Part shown: piece after piece, positions 57,165 through 64,000 of the stretch
How positions within the stretch are numbered: position 1 is the stretch's first letter
Layout of the letters: the number at the start of each line of letters is the position of its first letter
Assembly (NCBI GenBank): GCA_965243395.1
Contig: CBDEUS010000001.1
Location: 32,001-96,000, forward strand
DNA: 64,000 bases
DNA from: Gammaproteobacteria bacterium
GTDB lineage: Bacteria; Pseudomonadota; Gammaproteobacteria; UBA4575
Direction of reading: 5' to 3'
Notes under the pieces: generated by a model
What the model was told of the DNA's origin: nothing
The model's database searches: none
Seen by the model: the letters and a program-made list of their open reading frames with translations, nothing else
Translations under genes and position numbers: made by a program

Positions 57165-57524
57165 TTGTTTGCAGGTTTTCTAAATATCGAATTATCGAAT
57201 AGAGAATATTTCTATGTACTCTCAGCGTTATTACTAATTTCTTCAATTGTAATTGCTGATCCAAATTCGCAGCTCAATCTACCGGATGATTTTGAACAGT
57301 TATCAGTAGATGAAGTATTTATGCGAGGGGACAAGCAGAAAGATGTAGAAGAAAATGAGTGGCGCAAATCCAAAAAGGAATCCGATAAATCAAATGTTCG
57401 TTGGGGTGCTAAATCTATATACGAAGATCAAAAAGATATAGATCCATTTTTTTCAACCTCAAATAATTCTAATGACATAAGTGATGTTCCTGAGGCTACA
57501 CGGCAAATCCAGATCAAGTTTTAG
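57165..57524 (+). CDS. Hypothetical exported protein
   Basis: Hydrophobic N-terminal segment, ends in QIKF. Start uncertain. Confidence 0.5.
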   Translation: MFAGFLNIELSNREYFYVLSALLLISSIVIADPNSQLNLPDDFEQLSVDEVFMRGDKQKDVEENEWRKSKKESDKSNVRWGAKSIYEDQKDIDPFFSTSNNSNDISDVPEATRQIQIKF

Positions 57525-57611
57525 TTATTTAAATTTCAAATTTATATTCATAATATGTCCGATTCAGCAATTCTCAGTGGTCGAGACGAACATTCGTGAA
57601 TTAAGTATTTA

Positions 57612-58721
57612 ATGCATAAAACTTTATCTTATCTCGTTTTTTGTGTTCTATTTATACATGTATTTACAATTGTAAATGCACGTACTCCGCCAAAAGAAGC
57701 GATTGATGCATGTAAAAACGTTAGTTCTGGTGATCAATGTGCCTTCAAAACACCGCATGGAAGAATAACAGGAGTATGTCGTAATCCTCCCAATCAATCG
57801 CAATTGGCTTGTATACCTTCTAGAGGAAATCAAAATAGAGGTGATAATCCTGTTCTACAATCAGATAATCAAAACCAACGCCCGAATACAAGACAACACA
57901 CAATTAATCAGTCATCTGGAATCATAGAAGCTGTCCCTGCAACAACTCACCCATCGATAAAAAGTAATCTAGATATTTCTTTACAAGGTGACACTCGCGT
58001 ACTCAGAGCAAATGGTATTCCACAACATGATACAGGAGTATTTCCAAATAGTGAGAATCCACACAGAATACAAGAACAAAATTACGTTTATAAAATTAAT
58101 GTTAAACCTACACCTAATAATTTTTTCGCTCCACTAGGAATGCATAATTTCGGATTAGCAGTTAATGGGGTCCCTTTTGATCCTGGTGCGGCTGAATGGT
58201 ACTTAGGAAATAGAAACAGTGAATGGCAATATGAACCAATGTCTGGTGCCATACGTTTAGGCTTAGATGAAAATCATGCACATGTACAACCTAGTGGAGC
58301 ATATCATTACCACGGAATACCCACATTATTACTAGATAGCTTGGATGTTAATGGTTCTTCGCATTCTCCCTTGATTGGATGGGCTGCAGATGGATTTCCT
58401 ATATATGCAATCTACGGATATGAAAATCCACAAGATATTGATTCAAAAGTAATAAAAATGACGTCAAGCTATTCGCTACGCACGGGTAATAGACCGAGTG
58501 GCGCAGGCAATCCTGGTGGCAAATTTGATGGCACTTTTATAAATGATTATGTTTATGTTGAAGGAGCAGGGATTCTTGATATGTGCAATGGCCGCATGAC
58601 TGCAACACCTGATTTTCCAGAAGGAACTTATGCTTACTATATATCAGAGTTCTGGCCAATAATTCCCAGATGTTATAAAGGTACACCCTCAAAAGATTTT
58701 ACCCATCAACGTGCACGTTGA
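57612..58721 (+). CDS. YHYH-domain exported protein
   Basis: Motifs 'ANGIP.H', 'GLAVNGVPF', 'GLDENHAHVQPSGAYHYHG', 'IGWAADGFPIY', 'LDMCNG'. N-terminal Cys-rich mini-domain. Confidence 0.88.
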   Translation: MHKTLSYLVFCVLFIHVFTIVNARTPPKEAIDACKNVSSGDQCAFKTPHGRITGVCRNPPNQSQLACIPSRGNQNRGDNPVLQSDNQNQRPNTRQHTINQSSGIIEAVPATTHPSIKSNLDISLQGDTRVLRANGIPQHDTGVFPNSENPHRIQEQNYVYKINVKPTPNNFFAPLGMHNFGLAVNGVPFDPGAAEWYLGNRNSEWQYEPMSGAIRLGLDENHAHVQPSGAYHYHGIPTLLLDSLDVNGSSHSPLIGWAADGFPIYAIYGYENPQDIDSKVIKMTSSYSLRTGNRPSGAGNPGGKFDGTFINDYVYVEGAGILDMCNGRMTATPDFPEGTYAYYISEFWPIIPRCYKGTPSKDFTHQRAR

Positions 58722-58748
58722 TTAATTCGCACATCAGATTTAATTTGT

Positions 58749-58776
58749 TTATCTACTCAAGGACGAGAGTAGCGTT
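58749..58776 (+). repeat. 28-bp repeat, divergent copy B2 with compensatory stem
   Basis: ttatctactca-aggacg-agagtagcgtt. Stem ctactc/gagtag has the same geometry as the other copies. 27 nt after the YHYH stop. Confidence 0.5.
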
Positions 58777-59083
58777 CATTCGTATGAAAAAATTTTGTTA
58801 ATAAGTAATTTTGTTACGAATATTGCACACAAAATAATTCCAAAAAATATTACGAAGTTGGAAATAAATTCTTGTATATACACGTATAATATCCGGTAGT
58901 TAATTTAAATGAACAATCAATCTATAATATTAAAACTGAAATTTATTAATATTGAACTACATTATTAAATCTTTTGTTACACTACAATTCGTATTTATTT
59001 TAGTAGTTGTTCGGATTTATCGATTAAAAAAATAATTGTTTGATTTATGTTTTGAATCTATATTTCGTTCATTCCAAAATTAA

Positions 59084-59449
59084 ATGAAAGCATTATTTAT
59101 TTCATTCCCTGCATCAGATTATCAATCTAGTAAACAGTTCTATGAGGAAGCGGTCGGATTACCAATAGATCGTGAATTTGATGGCATGCCGCATAGATTT
59201 ACAAATTATGATCTTGGAGAAATTAAGCTAAAACTATTTGAATGGAAAGAAAAATGGTATGGAAGTGGTCATTCAGGTCTTTTTATTGAAACTAGTGAAC
59301 TTGATAAAACAGTTAAACATATACGAGATCTAGGCGGTAAGACTACAGAAATCACAGTTCATGAGTGGGGAGGCCGATGCTGTTCGATAACCGACCCTTT
59401 TGGCAATATTTTTGATTTAATTGATTCGAACAAAAAAGGTAACGCATAG
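59084..59449 (+). CDS. VOC/glyoxalase-bleomycin resistance family protein
   Basis: Motifs 'SKQFYEEAVGL' and 'EWGGRCCSITDPFGNIFDL'. Confidence 0.82.
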   Translation: MKALFISFPASDYQSSKQFYEEAVGLPIDREFDGMPHRFTNYDLGEIKLKLFEWKEKWYGSGHSGLFIETSELDKTVKHIRDLGGKTTEITVHEWGGRCCSITDPFGNIFDLIDSNKKGNA

Positions 59450-59471
59450 TGTTTTTTGAGATATCACTAGA

Positions 59472-59499
59472 ATCACTGCTATTGGCCGTAAAAAGACAT
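59472..59499 (+). repeat. 28-bp repeat, copy B3
   Basis: atcactgctat-tggccg-taaaaagacat. Same core as A6/A7. Confidence 0.75.
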
Positions 59500-59645
59500 A
59501 ATTTACACCGCTGAAGGGGAAGAAGGTTGGAAATATCAAATCTTTTCTTCAATATATTTCGTCATGACTCTGATATTCAATAATTAATTAGCTTTCAAAT
59601 TGAAAAGTAATGTTTCGACTAATCAAACCTAAAAGAGACCAAACG

Positions 59646-60074
59646 ATGAATAAAGTCTTAATATTAACCATATTTTGCTTCATATCTGCAAGTGTTTATG
59701 GAGGTAGCTTTAAATCAAGTTACGATTCCAGAAGTTCAGTCGTTGCCACTGTTGAAATTGAAAATGAAGGAGTTTACAACTTGATTGCATCTGTTCAGTT
59801 TTTGAGAATTCCGTATGACACTAAAATTTATAAAGATGATGGGTATGAGGATTTAATAAATCGTCTTTCTGTAGAGTGGCGCGGGGTTGCATTAAATGTA
59901 ATATTGCAATCCAATAAATACAAAATTAGCGATCTATCAGCTCTACAAGAAAACATTGATGCTGCATTATTAGAACTAATTAATTCAACAAGATCAAAAT
60001 ACAAAATTAGTAATAAAGCTGAGGTTGTTTATTCGATAACTAGTATGTATATAGTTAAACCTAGCAATGATTAG
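59646..60074 (+). CDS. Hypothetical exported protein
   Basis: Signal peptide MNKVLILTIFCFISASVYG from the internal ATG. Confidence 0.6.
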   Translation: MNKVLILTIFCFISASVYGGSFKSSYDSRSSVVATVEIENEGVYNLIASVQFLRIPYDTKIYKDDGYEDLINRLSVEWRGVALNVILQSNKYKISDLSALQENIDAALLELINSTRSKYKISNKAEVVYSITSMYIVKPSND

Positions 60075-60143
60075 GAGAAGTTTTTATATTGAAATAACAT
60101 CCATGTTGTTGCTCTTATTCGCTGATCCCTGCGTTCACTAAAA

Positions 60144-60575
60144 TTAATTATTAAGGTCTTTATCGAGCTCTTTTGAACATTTAATAAAATGATCTCTTGA
60201 GCTTTGAACCATCGCAATAACTTCCTCTCTTGTTGTATTGCCAGCTTCAATGTCCTGTTTCATGAGTTCATTTACATCTATGGTAACTTCTTTGAGACCT
60301 TTGCCTGCTAATACTGGATTTACAGTTGCAGCTTGGTATTTTTCAGGGTAGTAGCTGAGAATCTCCACTTGGCAATTCGCCATGCCGCTAGCAAGAAAGT
60401 CTAATGTAGCATCAGGATCCTCTTGGCGCTCTAGTATAGGCGCAATTTGCTTTTCCAAAATTGGTTTTATTTGTTCGATATAGGCTTTTTTATATTTTTC
60501 TAAATCTAATTCTTCGGCAAACACAAAACCTGAAATATAAAAAACGAATAAAAACAAAATAAGCTTATACTTCAT
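60144..60575 (-). CDS. Hypothetical exported helical protein
   Basis: Signal peptide and a Cys pair. ATGA-coupled to tupA. Confidence 0.65.
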   Translation of the reverse strand: MKYKLILFLFVFYISGFVFAEELDLEKYKKAYIEQIKPILEKQIAPILERQEDPDATLDFLASGMANCQVEILSYYPEKYQAATVNPVLAGKGLKEVTIDVNELMKQDIEAGNTTREEVIAMVQSSRDHFIKCSKELDKDLNN

Positions 60576-61432
60576 AATTGTTCGTCATCGTAATATTTCA
60601 ATACTGAAGTAGCAATTTCTCGCTGGGCGTTGGGAAAGAAAAGTTGCTGACCTTCGAGGGTAAAATCAGCAATGGCTTGCTGGCCTTCAGCAGAAGTAAG
60701 CCAGTTCGAAAATAATTTAGCTTCTTTGTGTTTGATATGATCATGTCGCTCAGGGTTTACTAGGATTATTCCATATTGATTGAATAATGGTGGATCATTT
60801 TCAAAAAGCAATGTTAGCTGATCACGATTTTTAAAAGACAACCATGTGCCTCGGTCTGACATTGTGTAAGCGCTCATAGCATTCGCTATATTTAATGTAG
60901 CACCCATACCGGCACCCGCTTCGCGATACCAGTCGCCACTGTATGCATCAATATCAACTCCAGTAAGTCTCCAAAGCTCGCGTTCTTTTTTATGTGTACC
61001 GCTATCATCTCCTCGTGAGACGAAAGGAATCCCACTTCGGCTGATCAATTTGAATGCATCTGCTGCTTTTTTTAATCGCTTGATGTCTGCCGGGTCATTT
61101 TTAGGCCCGATGATTACATAGTCGTTATACATTACATCACGACGCTCAACACCAAAGCCTTTTGAAATGAATGTTTCTTCAGAAGGTTTGTGATGTACTA
61201 AAACTATATCTGCATCTCCACGTTCACCTAGAAGCAATGCTCGCCCTGTACCCACGGCTATTACGCGCACATCAATACCTGTTTTATTTTTAAACTTAGG
61301 AATTAAATATTCCAATAAGCCAGAATTATCTGTGGAGGTAGTAGAGGAGAGAGTGATAAATATCTCATCTTCAGCTAAAACAGCATTGGTATTTAGTAGT
61401 AATACAAGTATAAAAATTAAAGTCCGTTTCAT
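60572..61432 (-). CDS. tupA: Tungstate ABC transporter substrate-binding protein
   Basis: Motifs 'STTSTDNSGLL', 'AVGTGRAL', 'FVSRGDDSGTHKKE', 'GAGMGATL', 'SDRGTW'. Confidence 0.92.
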   Translation of the reverse strand: MKRTLIFILVLLLNTNAVLAEDEIFITLSSTTSTDNSGLLEYLIPKFKNKTGIDVRVIAVGTGRALLLGERGDADIVLVHHKPSEETFISKGFGVERRDVMYNDYVIIGPKNDPADIKRLKKAADAFKLISRSGIPFVSRGDDSGTHKKERELWRLTGVDIDAYSGDWYREAGAGMGATLNIANAMSAYTMSDRGTWLSFKNRDQLTLLFENDPPLFNQYGIILVNPERHDHIKHKEAKLFSNWLTSAEGQQAIADFTLEGQQLFFPNAQREIATSVLKYYDDEQL

Positions 61433-62202
61433 TTCTCGATGGTTCCTGTTAATAGTTTTCCGTCAATAAAGTCTCTTGCAGTTTGTGTTTGAGCGTGTTT
61501 GAAAAAGTCATTTGCCGGAGTGTGTTCGACTAGTTTTCCTTGATGAAAAAATAATATATCGTTCGCAAGCCTATGTGCTTGCCCTAAGTCATGTGTAGTC
61601 ATGATTATTTTAGTGCCTTGTTCTGCAATTGTCTTGATTAAACGTTCAATCGCCGCAGTACCACTAGGGTCTAATTCTGCTGTGGGTTCGTCCAGTAAAA
61701 TGGCTTTAGGTTGCAATATCCAAGCTCGGGCAATATTTAATCGTTGTTGTTCTCCTCCTGATAGCACGCGGGCATTACGTTCAGCCAGAGAAGATAGTCC
61801 AGTGTAATTTAGAGCTGAATCAATGAGTGAATCATAGTCATTTTTATCCACGTCATGCAAAGACAATACATATTCTAAATTAGCACGTACACTGCGTCTT
61901 AATAACACGGGCTTTTGGAAAATATAAGCACGCCACGATTGTTGAGGCTGCGGAACAGTAGAATTCCATTTCAAGCTACCTTGTGTTGGGGTTTCTAAAC
62001 CATGCGCTGTACGTAACAATAAACTTTTACCTGCACCATTCGGCCCGAGAATGATGGTTATATCCTTAGACTCAATTTTAAGCGAAACATCGTTTAATAA
62101 CAGATTGCCTTTCTTAGCAATCTCTAAATTCTTCACCTGTAAAGGCAAAATATTTATTTCATTCGTGTTAGCTATGATATTGGTATGCAGCATGTTTAGC
62201 AC
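61429..62202 (-). CDS. tupC: Tungstate ABC transporter ATP-binding protein
   Basis: Motifs 'GPNGAGKS', 'LSGGEQQR', 'LLDEPT'. Lies between tupB and tupA. Start uncertain. Confidence 0.85.
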   Translation of the reverse strand: MLNMLHTNIIANTNEINILPLQVKNLEIAKKGNLLLNDVSLKIESKDITIILGPNGAGKSLLLRTAHGLETPTQGSLKWNSTVPQPQQSWRAYIFQKPVLLRRSVRANLEYVLSLHDVDKNDYDSLIDSALNYTGLSSLAERNARVLSGGEQQRLNIARAWILQPKAILLDEPTAELDPSGTAAIERLIKTIAEQGTKIIMTTHDLGQAHRLANDILFFHQGKLVEHTPANDFFKHAQTQTARDFIDGKLLTGTIEK

Positions 62203-62872
62203 TCATAACTAATGAAGTAACGATTAATGAAAGCGTGATTAAGATAATACCTAAAGCAAGCGCAAGCTCGATGTCGCCTTTACGTGTTTCGAGTGCGATG
62301 GCTGTGGTCATTACACGTGTAGCATGATTGATATTGCCACCTACAATTAACACGGCACCGACTTCTGCAATTGCTCTGCCAAAGCCTGCAAAGACTCCTG
62401 TCATTAAACTAAAACGTGTTTCCCATAATAAAGTTTTCATCATGCGTGAAGCTTTTGCTCCCAGTGCACGAAGTTGTTCGTGATATTCGTCATTGGCATC
62501 CATAATTGTTTGTCTCGTAAGCGCGGCAACTATCGGTGTGATGAGACACACTTGAGCAATAATCATAGCGGTAGGTGTAAACAACAAACCAAGTACTCCC
62601 AACGGGCCTGAGCGCGACAATATTAAGTACACGACCAAGCCCACCACTACTGGTGGTAGACCCATAAAAGCATTTAGAAGTGCAACAATTACTCCGCGTC
62701 CAGGAAATTTATATAACGCAAGTGCTGCCCCTAATGGCAAGCCAATTAAGCTTGCAATGAAGACTGCAGTAAGACTCACACGTAAAGACAACCCTATAAT
62801 TTCTAAAAGTGCAGGGTCTAGCTGAAAAATGAGTTGTAGTGCTTTCGCAAACGCTTGTGAAAAATCGTTCAA
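62168..62872 (-). CDS. tupB: Tungstate ABC transporter permease
   Basis: Motifs 'MGLPPVVVGL', 'LSRSGPLG', 'GFGRAIAEVGA..VGGNI..TRVMTTAIALET'. Confidence 0.92.
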   Translation of the reverse strand: MNDFSQAFAKALQLIFQLDPALLEIIGLSLRVSLTAVFIASLIGLPLGAALALYKFPGRGVIVALLNAFMGLPPVVVGLVVYLILSRSGPLGVLGLLFTPTAMIIAQVCLITPIVAALTRQTIMDANDEYHEQLRALGAKASRMMKTLLWETRFSLMTGVFAGFGRAIAEVGAVLIVGGNINHATRVMTTAIALETRKGDIELALALGIILITLSLIVTSLVMSAKHAAYQYHS

Positions 62873-63000
62873 TTAAAAAATCCGGATTTAGCAGGTTTCT
62901 CCTGTATACCTGCATATTTATTATTTTCAGTTGATGATACCGAATTCAGTGTATGTGAAGCGCAGTTTTTTGGGGTATCCCGAAATTAGCCTTTTGAAAT

Positions 63001-63474
63001 TTATGGTTTTTTCACCGGCATTATGATGTCTAAATCCTGTGTTGTATTTAGATCATCTTTTTGATGATAGCGAACGGTAACTAAAACTTCATCATCCGCT
63101 TTAACCGCAGATTCTGGATGCATTAGCATAAAGTGATATCCACCTGGTTCAAGTTTTACAGACTCGCCTGCAGGGATGGGTAGCTCTTTTTGATGGCGCA
63201 TCTTTGCGACACCGTTTTCGACAATCGTGCGGTGAATTTCAACATGGTGAAATTGTTTGCTGATTGCAGAAGTAAGTGTGATCACTTCCTCTGAATTGTT
63301 TTTAATGGTGACATAACCCGCCATCATTGAAGCATTGGGTGGGGCCTCACGTATCCATGCATCTTCAATTACTAAAATTTCTTGTTCAGTTTTTTGACAC
63401 GCTGTTAATAAGATTATGAATGCTAATAAAATAAATTTGTACATTGTGTTATTTACGAGCATAGAGTTGTTCAT
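63001..63474 (-). CDS. Copper chaperone PCu(A)C, probable lipoprotein
   Basis: Lipobox 'LTAC', 'DAWIRE', 'VEIH...VAKM', 'LEPGGYHFML'. Confidence 0.9.
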   Translation of the reverse strand: MNNSMLVNNTMYKFILLAFIILLTACQKTEQEILVIEDAWIREAPPNASMMAGYVTIKNNSEEVITLTSAISKQFHHVEIHRTIVENGVAKMRHQKELPIPAGESVKLEPGGYHFMLMHPESAVKADDEVLVTVRYHQKDDLNTTQDLDIIMPVKKP

Positions 63475-63553
63475 TTTGTTCGATTCATTTTAAGGAAACT
63501 TTTATAATTGTAACTATATTAATTTGGAATTAATAAGGTATTAGGAATACATT

Positions 63554-63940
63554 ATGAATGAAAGTCCAGACGATCGTATATATTCTGAAGAGCATATTTG
63601 GTTGTTTTTAGAAACGGATGATATTGCCTTAATAGGCATAACGGAGTATGCGCAAAGTGAACTTGGAGATATTGTTTATGTAGAACTACCCGAAGTAGAC
63701 AGTGAATACCAAGCAGGGCAGCCTTGTGCTGTTGTGGAATCGGTGAAAACCGCAAGTGATATACACTGTCCTGTTGAATCTAGAATCATTGAGGTTAATG
63801 AGGAATTAGTTGACTCTCCTGAAGTCTTAAATGATTCACCCTATGAAGAAGGTTGGTTATGCAAGATAGAGATATTAGACAAAACGGCAATTGACACACT
63901 ATTAAATGCCAGCCAATATGACTCAATGGTTGAGGTGTAG
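63554..63940 (+). CDS. gcvH: Glycine cleavage system H protein
   Basis: Motifs 'GITEYAQSELGDIVYVELP', lipoyl site 'VESVKTASD', 'NDSPYEEGW'. Confidence 0.95.
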   Translation: MNESPDDRIYSEEHIWLFLETDDIALIGITEYAQSELGDIVYVELPEVDSEYQAGQPCAVVESVKTASDIHCPVESRIIEVNEELVDSPEVLNDSPYEEGWLCKIEILDKTAIDTLLNASQYDSMVEV

Positions 63941-64000
63941 TGTTTATTTTTTAATCACTATAGCTTTATAAGACTCATAACGAAAACAAGTCGGAGAAAT

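Noticed and set aside
60090-60140. Possible attC remnant (taacatccatgttgtt...gcgttcac)
   Set aside because: No matching GTTRRRY end or extended pairing could be found.

Overview
This is an AT-rich gammaproteobacterial chromosomal segment. Most of it is core genes: purC/purEK, rpe-gph-trpEGDC, crp-osmC-speD-coq7, rplM-rpsI, rpiA, ilvA, zapA-ssrS(6S), ygfB-pepP-ubiH-ubiI, tupBCA and gcvH. Accessory modules include an MMPL/RND lipid-transport cluster, an alpha-type chaperone-usher pilus, an ArsR plus molybdopterin oxidoreductase pair, a Zur-boxed zrg-like metal operon and a K/R/T histone-like protein. The main unexplained signal is a 28-bp imperfect palindrome (consensus about ATGWCYGCTWW-YGRYYS-AAAGCRGACAT, 11-6-11 geometry). 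It sits once at every gene junction of a run of ten co-oriented, unrelated, mostly promoterless genes (9292-14970, including an AAC(3)-I-like acetyltransferase) and recurs in a second run (56216-60074). This looks like an integron-like cassette array built on a non-attC site, with no recombinase in the window. Also seen are a candidate Trp leader peptide before trpE and a candidate FNR-type-regulated sRNA upstream of rplM. All assignments come from reading sequence and motifs; no searches were run.
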